Source: Eutreptiella sp. 'Long Island Sound 2002' (Eukaryota > Protista > Euglenida). From it: 64,000 nt of DNA. Each line of letters opens with the position of its first letter. Position 1 is the stretch's first letter. The stretch covers positions 1,674,001 to 1,738,000 of the forward strand of contig OZ038378.1 of the NCBI GenBank assembly GCA_964036045.1, in the 5' to 3' direction. Of this stretch, positions 1 to 12,546 are shown one piece after another. A program made the translations under genes and the position numbers. The notes beneath the pieces are model-generated. The model saw only the letters and a program-made list of their open reading frames with translations. It was not told the DNA's origin and searched no databases.

Positions 1-701
1 CTAACCAGTGATACGTTCAGCTCATTGGATGGACGACCAACTACATTCCCAATATGGATTCCCCAGCATTTGCGCTGCCTTGACAAGCGTTCCGCATGGG
101 AAGGGGGTTCAGCCTGGCCAAAGGGCAGGAGAGAAATTACAGGGGCAATCGTCTTGGCCAGGGACGGCAGTCAATTAAGAGGAAGCCCAAAAACCTGCAC
201 CCCAAAGCAGAGCTTGACCCAAACTTTGGCTCAGAGAAAGGTCAAACTTCAATCAGCAGCCCCCCCCCCCCCAGCCCCTGTCCCCCGGAAAATGATTCCC
301 TCTCATAACCCGGTTGCGTCCAACGCACTGCTCGTGACCGACCCGAAGGAGCGTGCTCTGGCTCTGTGGATCTGCCACTGGCTGGCGAAGCGTGCTGCAG
401 CAGCCATGGCATGCCACGTGCCAGGTGCTCCGAGTTCGCCAATGTGTCAGGGCCAGCAGGACTTTTTCTCACTCACAAACAAAAGAAGAAATCGTCGTGG
501 CCCACCACAAAGTTGACACGCCAACTGCCGGCAACACCAACCACCAGCAACAGTCAGTTGACCGCCAACCGCACGCGGATAACCGCCAGCCGCCCAACTG
601 CGGGTCTACACTTTCCTGAATGGACAAAGGAAAAGTTTTGTGATATGGAAGCCTCTGTGCTGCGGTAGGGCTGAACAAACGCCCACCCATTTTGCCACTT
701 G

Positions 702-968
702 TCACATATGCCCCGACGGAAACGTGCAAAGCGGGAAGGATCGCAGGACCTCGCCTTGCCCCTTGAACAGCCTCATCTTCCGCAGCCCCGGGGCATACAC
801 GTGCAGCGTGATGGCTGGCAGCCCGGTGCAGTTCTTGATGGCATGCACCCCGCGCTCGTTGTTGGTGTAGGCCACCGAGATCATGTCCTCCCCATGGCCC
901 AGGGTCGTCACTCCAATGGGCTTTAACTTCCCACACCTCCCCACAGCCCCTGTGGGGTTGCTCATCTC
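702..968 (-). CDS. CDO: ABM-CDO exon 4 (cupin motif 2)
   Basis: cctgcccctcag| acceptor; encodes GVHAIKN...AITLHVYAP; in-frame stop at 704-702. The 3' boundary is uncertain. Confidence 0.82.
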   Translation of the reverse strand, partial: EMSNPTGAVGRCGKLKPIGVTTLGHGEDMISVAYTNNERGVHAIKNCTGLPAITLHVYAPGLRKMRLFKGQGEVLRSFPLCTFPSGHM

Positions 969-2982
969 CTGAGGGGCAGGTAGGGAGCAGGGACCAGACC
1001 TGGAGATAGGGTGTATCCACACTAGCACGGGATACACACTTTTTGTTTTTGGGATACACACTCTAGAACCCTGGGATACACATGTGATACATGCAAGCCA
1101 TGAAAAATGGGGCTGGGGAGCCTGAGCTAGAAGAGGAGTCATCATCCTTTGCAGAGGGAGCTGTAAGATGCGGCTTCAAAGATATTTGCTTCATCGTGTC
1201 TGGGGAAGAGCCGCAAGGGAACGAAGGACTGGGGAACTGAGCACGTAGGACTATAAATGAAGAAAAGGTTGGGATACACATGTGATACACACACTTGAAA
1301 GTTGGGATACACATTGGACACACACTTCTAAAGCCTGGGATACAGTCGGATACAATAATTACAAGTTTTGGGATACACTCCATCTCCAGGACTGGCAGGG
1401 ACCCTTTGGAGGGGACGGAGTGGGGCTGTGAGACGCAATGGTTTGTGCGCCTTTCCTGGTTTTCCCGCGCGAAAATGATGCCAGTCCGTGACTCAGGCCA
1501 AGTGCCCCCTGGCTAGCGATAGTGCCGTACTTGTATGCATTCCTGCCCCTGGGGTAAGGGGGAGGGGGGCCAAGTGGGAGAGCCAAGGGGGAGAGCCAAG
1601 GGGGAGAGCGAAGGGGAAGTGGCAAAGGGGGAGAGCCAAGGGTCGGAGCCAAGGGGGAGAGCCAAGGGGGGGGGGGGGCAAGGGGGAGAGCCAAGGGGGA
1701 GAGCCAAGGGGGGGGGGGGGGGGGGCAAGGGGGAGAGCCAAGGGGGAGAGCCAAGGGGGGGGGGGCAAGGGGGAGAGCCAAGGGGGAGAGCCAAGGGGGG
1801 GGGGCAAGGGGGAGAGCCAAGGGGGAGACCCAAGGGGGGGGGGGGGCAAGGGGGAGAGCCAAGCGGGAGAGCCAAGGGGGAGAGCCAAGGGGGAGGGGCC
1901 GAGGGGGAGGGTGTTCACAAGGGCCTGTGTGGTCCAGTGTTTCAATGGAATGCCCCGTATCACACACCCGCTCACAACAGATGCTGTGCGACACACTGGC
2001 ACGAATATCAAGGATTCCCGGGAGGAATGGCAACAAACTCCGTCGGTTTGTGTTGGGTTGGACAAGCGGCCACCACTCATCCAGGCCCCCAAAGCGGACC
2101 GATGTTGGTACTTTGTAGCCTCCACATGGCGCATGCTTTTGGGACCATCGTAATCGCCATCAACATAAAACGAGGACAGCCCATCATCTGTGGGGACTCC
2201 AACGCAAGCCTTTACCTCAGGCGAGGGAACGGGTGAGTGCAAATAAGTTCAGTGAAAGTGGCGAACGAACTTTCCGGCGCCTGTGGCGCCAAATTTGAGT
2301 GTGACAACATTAACATCTTTGGCCCGCTGCAGGGGGTGGAGGTGGGCCCGGTGGGGATGGCTGGCCCCCTTCCGGCCCCTGTTGGCACCTATTGGCCCCT
2401 GGGGGACAGCAGGTGGAGCCCAAAGGATTTTGGCCGTTTTTTTTGGGGGGGGGGGCTAACACGAAAAGTCATAAGGGGTCTCTGCACCCTGCGGGCGCCG
2501 TTGTCAAATCAGGCCAGACATGTCGGGCTGGCAGACTCATTGGGATTGGGAGTTCGTGGAAAGCCACACCAAGTGACCCAGTATCTGGACAGTGAAAACA
2601 GTCAAACGACCCCGGCAACAACCAGCACATCCTCAATACGCCAATTATTGGGCGCCGCTGACGCGCAAACGGCACACCATGCCACATTCAGCACAGTCCC
2701 AACACACCAACTACTGGGCTCCGCGAACGCGGAGACGACACCAGCAAGAGCACCGGCCGCAGCGGCCGACAGAAAGCAGCGACCCGACGCAACATGCGAA
2801 GGGAAGAACGGGTGACCGTCCAGGGCCCCGTAAAGGAGCAACAACCAGACGGAATGTCACACAGGGGGGGGGTGGATCCCAAGGGCATGAGGGAATGTCG
2901 TTGCACTGAGTTGGCACTGCGTGCATCTTGGGCAACATCGTCCACACACATTTGTCCACAGGCCGTCCACCCCCCCCCCGCC

Positions 2983-3017
<35 letters not shown>

Positions 3018-5241
3018 TCTCTTGATTCCTTGGTCCTGCATGGCAGTAGGAATTAGGGGTCCGACGGAGCACTCCAGTAGCTCGCTTCCTTCTCGTCCTT
3101 CCTCGTCCTTCCTCGTCCGTGCCTCTCTGTCTCATCCCCATCCGGGACAAGGCCTGGTCGTCCTTGTGGAATGCGCTCCAACCCACAAACAACACATGCT
3201 CTGGTGGAGGTATCACCATTTCTTGGGCACTGTGGAAAAGGCCCACAACCGGGGTTCAGGTAGTTGCTGACATACAAAACTTTGCGCTGCGTGGGGACTG
3301 CGTAACTCGCGCAGGTGCGTACACCCGGGCGAACGACAAGCACATTTGCAAATCAGGTCAGACGTGTGGAGGTACCCTCCGAAAAACTGACCTTCTGTAA
3401 CAAAGCCGTCCAGCAAGAGCTGAAGGAACCACTTTTGTGGGGACGAGAGCGGGGTCCACAAGGCTTTGTCGTTGTGCCCGTGTGGCCCCTGCATGGAAGT
3501 AGGAGCACTCCCAGTGGGCCCCTTCCCTGTGCATCTCCTGTTCACTTTGTGGGGCTTGTGCGAACCCTGCCCCCATCCATCGGGGGCATCTTGCTCCTCG
3601 TCCAGTGGTGAACATAGTCACGTCAGGTATCAGTCCCCTACATTCCAAAGCGGCTGCACCGGCAGCCCTAGGACCTGGTCTTGGAATCTGCGGTCGACGA
3701 CAGGAACAGAGTAGAGGAACTCCTGCACGGTCCCCTCAACCAGAGCCACCCAGCAAGAGCTGTTGTCGTGGCAATGGATGGAGCTCTCACTCCCAGCGGG
3801 CCAGCACATCAGCAGCACGTCCATGTGCTCGTTCGAATACACAAGATTCCGCGTGTACTTCTCAGGGCAGTCCTGGTCCCAGCGGATATATTTCTCATAC
3901 TCGTGTCGGCGGGGGTACCATTTGGCTATTTCCTTCTGCACCGATCCTGAGAAACGTGGGTGACGGACGACAAGAGCTGACGCGGCGCACGCGCACGGCA
4001 CGCACGCAACAACAACGGTGCCATTGGCGCAACGAAGCCGGAATTGCGAACTTCCGACCTGGTGCCCATCAAAGGCTTCAAGGGTATGCAGGGCACACCT
4101 ACGTCATGAGACAGATGCGTTCTGCCAGCCACCGTTTTCTTTAAGAATGCCAGGAGACTGGCCAGTGTGTGGGTGTCCGGCATGAGGCAGCCCGAAGTAG
4201 TGAGGCTGGGGCGGTTCCCCTTCAGAATCCCATGTAGAGCTTCAATGGCAGCCTTCTCGGGGCCTGAACGAGTGTACGGGAGGCATTGGCCTCCGAGCAC
4301 CAGCGTGCGACTGCCGGGCGACCAATAGCACACGACGGGCGTGGGCAAACACTTGTCCGTCAGGCAGGGGTGTCCCCAATGCAGAGCAAAACGAAGTTTC
4401 TGTCCCGCTACTTTTGCAGTCCGAAATTGACATCGCTATCCCTTTGAGTGGCCCATCGGACCCGAAGGGACAACCCAAACAAGGCCTTTGCCACGCACCA
4501 CAAGCAGATACTTCGCCACGGGTACCAGGCGGAGTGCGGACTCATCGCTGCCCCCGATGCGGAGCGTCGTTATGAGCACAAACAACTCTGACATGCGCGA
4601 CACGGGCCTCCCCCCCCCCCCCCTAATTGTGCTTGCATCCGTGTCACCTCAGATTCTCGACCACAAAAACTGCGCCCAGGAAAGCAACGCAGTCGCTGTG
4701 CGCAGACAAGGCTGTGCTTGCACAAGGGGGGGAGGCGATCTTCAAAGTCGCCGAAGTAGTTGCTGGAGAGCGGCGAACATACCGAACACCCCAGTGCAGC
4801 CAAGGCGACCAACCCAGTGCAGCCAAGGCGACCAACCCATACCGGTGTTGCATCGGTGGTGCGCACCACGGCTCTGCACAAATGGGGCGATGGCGTACCT
4901 TGTTTGAAGCGCTCCATGTCACATCGGTCCAAGAAGGTAATGACGTACAGCACACGACCACAACAAGGGTGGCAAACCCGGACGTCAGACACTCCGGAAG
5001 TCAGGCTGTACAGGCAACGTGCCATGTCTTGTACACGACTCTCAAACTCCTCAACTTTTCCCTTTTTTGCTTCCAGCGCCATGACGTGCACAAACTCCCC
5101 ACTGCCCAGAGAGCATAACTTCCGTCGCTTACAGGGGGCTTGGGCTGCAGGTGGGGCAGCCCCATTACTCAGGCTTCGTGGGTTGCCACGCTTGGCTTTG
5201 CAGCGCATGCTTTCGGTGTGAGCCAACTGATTGTGGGCCAT
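702..5241 (-). CDS. CDO: Cysteine dioxygenase with N-terminal ABM-like domain (4 exons: 5241-4899, 4263-4099, 3946-3675, 968-702; ~348 aa)
   Basis: Spliced translation gives the CDO motifs YTRNLV, LLMCW, SIHCHDNSSC, GVH and TLHVY. All three introns are GT-AG and phases join (1,1,0). The true 3' end could instead splice at GAG|GTCCTG near 750. Confidence 0.88.
995..1394. mobile_element. hAT-type MITE (400 bp) in CDO intron 3
   Basis: 24-bp imperfect TIR CAG(A/T)CCTGGAGAT..GTGTATCC; exact 8-bp TSD GCAGGGAC (987-994 and 1395-1402); many internal GGATACAC motifs. Confidence 0.85.
1565..1905. repeat. G-rich minisatellite, unit ~GGGGGAGAGCCAA
   Basis: About 20 degenerate tandem units interspersed with G runs; explains the overlapping Pro/Gly-rich ORFs. 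Confidence 0.9.
2140..2215 (+). pseudogene. Possible AP-endonuclease (LINE) remnant
   Basis: Translation QPIICGDSNASL resembles the APE hhGDxNA motif. Single short motif only. Confidence 0.3.
2586..2870. mobile_element. Dispersed repeat family A, copy 1 (others 22406-22540 partial, 52255-52537)
   Basis: Highly similar ~280-bp sequence; all copies end at GAATGTCACACAGGGGG. Confidence 0.85.
3675..3946 (-). CDS. CDO: ABM-CDO exon 3 (cupin motif 1)
   Basis: ttctcag| acceptor and CAG|GTCCTA donor; encodes KYTRNLVYSNEHMDVLLMCWPAGSESSIHCHDNSSCW. Confidence 0.92.
4099..4263 (-). CDS. CDO: ABM-CDO exon 2
   Basis: cgttcag|GCCCC acceptor and TAG|GTGTGC donor; phase 1 at both ends; encodes PEKAAIEALHG...LASLLAFLKK. 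Confidence 0.8.
4790..4835. repeat. 23-bp tandem duplication CCCAGTGCAGCCAAGGCGACCAA x2 (intronic)
   Basis: Two exact adjacent copies. Confidence 0.9.
4899..5241 (-). CDS. CDO: ABM-CDO exon 1 (basic N-terminus plus ABM-like ferredoxin-fold segment)
   Basis: ATG at 5241 lies ~20 nt after a pyrimidine tract + CAG (5264-5262). Encodes EFVHVMALEAKKGKVEEFESRV...YVITFLDRCDMERFKQ. Donor AAG|GTACGC. Confidence 0.8.
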
Positions 5242-5261
5242 GGGATGACTTGCAAAGTCCA

Positions 5262-5290
5262 CTGAAAGGGGCAAAGGATGAGGAAAGATT
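5262..5290 (-). promoter_or_regulatory. Putative trans-splice (SL) acceptor of the CDO gene
   Basis: Minus strand reads aatctttcctcatcctttgcccctttcag, ~20 nt before the ATG. No upstream exon was identified. The SL interpretation is inference. Confidence 0.5.
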
Positions 5291-7359
5291 GGACGGCGGA
5301 GCTTGCAAACAGTGCGTTGTTGTTGAATTCACGGCCGCAAAGGTGGCATTCAAATGGCAACAGGGCACATCAAAAGCTGCCATGATTCAACAGTACAAAA
5401 CACTGTACAATGTTTGCCTCTCACCTTTGCTTTGGTGTACCGCATTCTTGTACATACGCAAACTGTGTCAGAAGACAACCGATTCACAGGGCCGTACTCA
5501 CCAGCTGCAACCCACAACTGGACGTGATGGCTGAACGACTCTCCCGAGATATGATCACAAACACACTTGTACACCGCATACCATAGCAGTGCCCCCCCCC
5601 CCCCCCCAACCTGTAGTGTGTGTCGGCCTTCCATGCCAACGTGTCCTCAATGGCATCTCTTGTAGGCAACTGTTGAATGTAATAAAATGTTCCCCCTTGG
5701 TCCACACTTTTTTCCCCGAGGAGGGGGTATACCATTCACGCCTTGGCCATTTTGATGGTTGTCGAAATGTGCGACATGGTTGCGAGTGCCAGAATTTGTT
5801 GTGCCTTTAGCACGACGCATTTCTTGACGTTCAGATGATATTTTTTTCGGTTTGAGACTAATCTGCATCGACTGGATCCAAAATAAGCCGATTTCAAGGT
5901 GGTTTCACTTCTGTGAAATTCAGCCACACAATGATGCCTTTCGGACATTGTACATCACGCATACTTGTGTCTTCGATCATTTGTGTTTTGTATTTTCCGA
6001 AAATTTGGCAACCTGAATTGTTGAAAAATGCCACGCCCACATTTATGTTGCTTCATGGCATGTATGCATTGTCAAGTGGGTTCAAGTGACCTTCTCATTT
6101 TCTTTGTGCACATTTGCTTGGTATAAGACATAATTCATGAATAATCAATGCATAGGCCAAGTCAACAACACTTGTTTGCATCATATTCATGTGATTGTTA
6201 TCTTGGTCATTCATTCCATATGTCAGGTGTGTTGAACATGACATTGGCATGAGAGGTCAGCAAACAACCTAAAACCGAGGCCTTTGCCAACCCCCCCCCC
6301 CCGTGTTGACCAACCATTTAGGACATCAGTAGACTTGTCCCAAGACGTCAGAACCTGAAGTCTTGGGACAGTACGAGGGCCATTTGGGACATTACGAAGA
6401 CTTTCTTCTGGGACATTATTGGACATTTTACATCACATTGGGGTGTTGCCATTGAGTGGACAGACAGGGGATTCCCAATAGATTTCACTTCAGTCACGCG
6501 CCACCTACGGTATATACTGGCATGTAGATGGTATAGGGTTAGGGTGGCCATCACTCAATCTAATGGTGTCGTTTGAAAATCGATCCCTTGCAGCCTCCAA
6601 TTAGGGTTAGATGGCCAGCGACGAGCCCAGCCACGAATATCGATCTGCCACAAAATTCTCTAGAGAATTATCTGCAAATATCGTGCAGAAATCCGAGTCA
6701 ACTTTAGTAGTAGTACTGCAAAATTGGGGTCAAAGACCCTAATAATATTGGTGAGATTTTGTGTTAGCGTCCAGCGTCCGCATCTTTTAAGAATAATGTC
6801 TCGGAAAAGGGTTTGCGTCTCGCGTCTTTTTTCATTGAGGAAATTTGGGGCTCGCGTCTTTCGACCTATTTTTTCTTCGGGACCCTCCGGGCCCATATTT
6901 CTACCATTAGCGCCCAAAAAAATTTTCCTTCAGGCCCTTCGGGCCCGATTTTGACTCCATGAAGACAAACAGCAACACGCAAACATGGCACCAGCATAGT
7001 AGAAGTCGTCAAAGATGCACATTCACATTTGGTGAAGGATGTGCATTGCCTTAAAGATTCATTTTTTACTTGACTTTTCCGGACTCGGCCCCTGCTGCTC
7101 CCGTGTCCCTCAACAACACAATGTGACAGCGGTGCAATGATCTGAACGACAGGTTACACAGATTGATGGACATTCACAAATATGGATGTTTTAGCTGGTA
7201 AAAACACACTTGCAAGCTCAAATTTTCACAAAAATCCAAAGTTTAATAAAAATGTTCAATCGCTGTAAAATGCCCATTCCATTTCCTTCGTTACCGAAGG
7301 AAAGGAGCACCCCGCCGCTGACCAGAAGCAGAGCTACGGCAGCGCCGTGCATTCCCTCT

Positions 7360-8640
7360 GGGGGGGGCCACATTTGGGCGAGTTGAACGCTTCAGCACAG
7401 GGGGGGGGGGGGGGTCGCGGCCCGTACTCAAGTTGGGTGTCGAGCAACAGGCCGGCGACGAATTTGTGGCCAAGCAGACATTTATTTCTTTGTTTCGGAA
7501 CGGTATGAATGCAGTTTTTATATCATTGTGATTGGAACCTACATAGTTTTCATTCTGATACAATTTCCTGCTGGATCCGGCATAATTTGGCATGGTTGCC
7601 GAAATGGTGCATTCTATGTAGAGTTGAACAAGAGTGAAAGCTGCGCACTGTTCGCTGTTGCTCCGTCTCCTTGGCCACAAAATAGCCGGTTCTGAACTAA
7701 GGTGTGTTGGTCTGTGGAGCGCATCTAAGGATTTGCTAGTAGCATTTGTAATGCTTGCATTTGTACATCCCAAGTGGTAGTTTGGCCAAACCAAATGTAA
7801 AGGAGTTCCAAATGGCCAAGTACCTTTTGGGCTACGACACTCTTGTTGTTTTTTGAAGCGGTGGCCCTCCATCCACTTTGATGATCACCAATCTACGTGC
7901 AATCTATGACCATACCATATATGTCATATTTTGGCCGTTCGGGTTTTTCAACAAACTTTGTACCACAACGTTAGGCATGAGTTGGGCTATCCGATTACGT
8001 CTCTTTGCCACCGCATTGTTAACCCGTTGACGTAACGATCGCAACTTTTTGTTCGGAGCGATCGTCGGCTTATCTTAATAGGAATCCTTACACTTGAATT
8101 GTTGTTTGGTTGGGTAAGCCAAAGGCTAGCCTGTCACTGCTTTAGTGATGATAAGGATGTGGCACGCACACAGATGAAGAATGTGGTAGACGGCGTATGA
8201 TGCCACGCTGCGGGCGAAGGCCGATGAGCACCAGCCCACGGCCTTGTTAAATGGCCATGGTGCATGTGCACAATGCAAGTGGGTGTTCACCAGCAAGGGT
8301 GATAAGGCACACCACAACAGGTTGCGGCATCCTGCAAGTGGCCAGCTCCTGGATGAGTAAACATGTCGCGTTCTTGACAAGCTCATTGGAGAATTTCTTT
8401 ACTCTTTGTTGTCTATGCATTGCATTGCAAAGGAGGGAGGAAGAGAGGTAAAGTAGACGAGGAAGAAGGTGTGTGTGGGGGGGGGGGGGGCAGCTTTAGC
8501 CGACGGAGGGAGGGAGGGAGCCGGGGGCGGGAGGGAGGGAGCTGAGGGAGGGAGGGAGGGAGGGGGGTCCCAAGGGGGGGGGGGGGGGTCGGACCCTGTA
8601 CTCAAGTTGAAGCGTTCAAGTGGCCCAAATGTGCCCCCCC
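7360..8640. mobile_element. Old element bounded by ~45-bp inverted modules, with decayed coding-like interior
   Basis: GGGGGGCCACATTTGGGCGAGTTGAACGCTTCA (7362-7394) is the approximate reverse complement of 8608-8640. No TSD found. Confidence 0.4.
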
Positions 8641-9712
8641 TGGCCCAGTCTGGGCCAGACCCCTCACATCCCTTACCGTCGCAACTTTTATCAATGCGCA
8701 AACAATGCCGTGCGCCCGTCGCCAAATAATGCGCGCACACGACCGTCCCAGGGGCAATCCGATCGATTTGCGATCATCGATCTAAAAGCATTAGTACATA
8801 TGGATTTGAAAAATCAGTACTGCCAAATAATTTTTCCCGCTAAATAGCTGTATTCACTGATATGCAGCATGTATCGTCCATTTCGGCTACTGTAGAAATC
8901 AATCGAAATAGAGAATAATAACTCCGTTGAGAAGCCTTTCCTCTTTTCCTTTCCCTTATTTTTTAATACTGTAGCCCGGACTACTTGGATGTTTTCCTTA
9001 TCTTTTAATGCTGGACATCATCGCAGGATGTATTTTTAATACCCTTGCGCTGTGCTCTGTGCTCAGCGATTGCTTAGGCCGCTGCGCACGCTGATCGCTG
9101 CTGAAAATGGAAAGTCAAGTGCCAAGTCGTACCCATGCGCGTTGGCCGCTAGGGTACTCCCTCTCAGCAGGGTGCGCGCAAATCATTTGTATAATTCCTG
9201 GGTTTATCCAGGCAGGAGCCGTGCCGGCAGCAGCGCCGAACAGCTTTTCTGTAAATCGGATTTCTGTACTTTTTAATTGGCAGAATTTCAATTCCTGTAA
9301 ATTTTTTTCTGTATTTTAAATGAAAACCGGTGCTGCCAAATTCTGGATCTGTATTTCGATTGATTTCTACAGTATTTGGCTGCAAGCCGCCGAAGTTTCG
9401 ACGTCAAAATCGTGCACAGCGTCGACATCTACATAGATTTAGCTTTTGTATTATCAAAATTTGAGACGGTAGGCCCGAGATGAACCCCGACACCGATGAC
9501 CCCCAGCCCTCAAACTCCAACCAGAATGTTGGACCCTCAGTTGATTCCCGCGGTGCGGGACCGGGTCAAAACGGCTATCCACAAAAAACGGACGGTACCC
9601 ATACGGTCTCGTTTGCCTCGCACTAATCATACTGCGGCTATCAAACAAAAAAAGGCATTCCAAGCGACGTTATTTGGCGATGTGGCATCATTGAATCATT
9701 GAAATGATAGTG

Positions 9713-10586
9713 ACTAGAGAGCTAGTCGAGATATGTGCCCGTGGGGTAAGGCAAATTAGCCTTGCATGCAACCCCCAAAGTCATGAAGTTAGCGGTTGGG
9801 GCTTCGTCACGGTGACTTCATGAACGGGCTCCCCAACTCTCACACCCGGTCCGTGTTGTCGTTCATTTGAGTAAACCTCTACTAACGTCTTTGTTCCCGA
9901 GCCGCAAAAGGAACATCGTAAAATTGAACCACATCGTACAATTGAAGCGCCACGCATACAAGGCCGTGTAGACTGCCGCCATGAGCACTCACACATGGGC
10001 TACAACTTGGGGGTGAGGGAATACTATTCCCAATGGAACACATAGCTCAGAACACATGACCTATGGATAGTACAACCCGAGATGGACCCAGCCACACAGC
10101 CATTTCGCAAGCGCTACAAGCCACGAGCCAAGGAGACACAAGCAAGGTCTCCTGAACGACGCACGAAACACACCGCACCGGACGCACACTAGACAGCTAC
10201 TAAGCCTCTTCAACAAGGCATCCAAAGGACCCGCACGTATGACTCGCTAAACACGCCATGCTACCTTGGTGGCTGTTGGGCCACACCACCCCGATGGCTC
10301 CAAGCAGTGCGGCACGTGTTTGAGTCAATGTAAGAGAAGGCATTGTACCATTCATATGTGCACGCATACTAATATAGCTTGAACTTCGTTCCGCAGTTGG
10401 TGACCATGGAAGGACTAACTAGAGAGCAAGTCGAGATATGTGCCCGTGGGGTAAGGCAAATTAGCCTTGCATGCAACCCCCAAAGTCATGAAGTTAGCGG
10501 TTGGGGCTTCGTCACGGTGACTTCATGAACGGGCTCCCCAACTCTCACACCCGGTCCGTGTTGTCGTTCATTTGAGTAAACCTCTA
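9713..10586. mobile_element. 169-bp direct repeats (9713-9881, 10418-10586) flanking a ~540-bp interior; TRIM/LTR-like
   Basis: The copies differ at one position that I could see. TAGTG occurs on both outer flanks. Termini are not TG..CA. Confidence 0.6.
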
Positions 10587-12546
10587 GTGTGCATCTCTCA
10601 AAAAGGACTCACACACCACCCGAACGAATGCACAAGAACGAATGACACCCAACCCGGTGCGCAATTTAAGCTGCAAAACCCGCATTGGCAAGGCAAGTTG
10701 GACTTTCCGTGCTAACTTGCCATTTGTAGCGACCCGATGTTATACCCCGACCCCGACCCCGCGTTATAACATGTGTAATTTGTGTGGTCACATGCTCCAT
10801 CGTGGATGGATGCCAAAGTCACCCACCTGTCACACTTGTCGCAACCTCCTGAAAGGAATGGGCGATGACGTTTGGCCCATGTAAAAGAGCACCACATTGG
10901 TTGCTGGAACTGTGAAGGTTTTGCCCAAATCAACCTTATGCCGCACCTTTTTCAACACACCGTTGGTGTCCTTGCACCCGCCTTCGCCACTTTTGCTTGT
11001 CGGCATCCACCAGCCCCATACCCACAACCCGAGCTAGTTTCCATTGAACCCTAGCTCCCAACCGCTTTTGGCGTGGTGACACCCGCACAAGGTGCAAGTC
11101 TTGTAGTTGCTCTGGGTGCACCAAATCGAAAGGTAATAATTTGATTGTGATCGATCTGTGCACAAAGCAAGGGCAATGGGTAAGGTGGTTCGTCATTGGG
11201 TAAGACCGTCGTGCGACCAAATGCCAACCAAGCAACATTGAATGATCATCATTGTCATGTGGCCTTCGTGCCAAAAGGACATGTAACCCGCCATATGTTC
11301 GTCCTTTCTACCATCTGTTCTGTCACCATCCTGTTCCCATGGACAATATGTGTGTTCCTAGGGACAAAACTTTTGTTCCCGCACACAAAAAGTTTGCCAC
11401 CACAAACAGCAGCCGAGGACTCTTTTTGTACCGAAATGACGCATACCCCCCCTAATATGGCAAGTTACATACTTGTTAAATAAATTGAATCAAGGCCCTT
11501 CTTGTAAGCCACTTGCTTCGTCAAGGCCTTCACACTCGCCTTCACTCAATCATCAACCTCAAGAGCATCATCCTCACCGGAGCTAAGGCCAGACTTGCGA
11601 CCTTGATGAGTCCTGGGGTCCTTTTCACCAAAAGCGGTGTCATCATTGAGCATTGGCTCGTTGGAACCCAAGAGCAGTTGTGGGGGTAGCATGGCCAATG
11701 CGACCCATGGATGCCCCAGATGAACGATCAATTTCATCCTTCGCCACATATTTTATGAAAGATCAATTTGCCTTCCCTGTTGTATCCAAGTCATGATCGG
11801 GAATGAATAGTGTTCCGACATTTGGTTCCAAAGTGACCCATTGCCTATGGCGGTTACCTTTCTTCGTTCCAAGTTGATGGTCCAAAAGTTCCATCAACTC
11901 ATCGGTGTCAGCATCATGCAAGGTCACCGAAAGCGCTGACAACTTACGGTTGTTGTTGACGATGTGGCAAAGGAAGTCGGGGAGGGCAAGAGGCTTTTTG
12001 TCGCCCAAACTTGCCTTCCACCAAAACAATGTTGTTGAACAAAGATGTATGGCACGTTCTCAAACTGGACAACTGCACACAGGTTTTTGACAAGTGTTCT
12101 TCTGCTTGCTTTGCTCTGCATTGCGAATAAAGCACTCAACAAGTGGAAGAGAACAAATCCATTAGCTGACGAGTGTGAGAGCGTTACATTGAGTTCACGA
12201 TGCATGCACACGGGTCCATCAAATGCTTTGGGAAAGATATGGGCACGGTGTAACTTGGCATTGTTTTAGTGTTTTAGTGTTTAAGTGTTCTCATGCCTCA
12301 AGTGGCGGGCCCTTGTGTCACCCCTTCGTCCCCTCCTAGTGGCGCGGCCTGTGGTAGTGTGCGTGTACTTGCTATACTAACACTCGACGTCCTGGTAGAT
12401 GGGAGTTGCTCGTATGTTTCATAGGTTCTCCATCTCGCATTGCATGTGCATTTGGGTATTGAGGTGCATAATAGATCATGAACTAGCGATGACTAATCGG
12501 CATTCATCAACCTCCGATTTCTTGAGCGATTCCCACACGTTCTAGG

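Noticed and set aside
1359-2242. Long Pro/Gly-rich ORFs on both strands
   Set aside because: Artefacts of the G-rich minisatellite.
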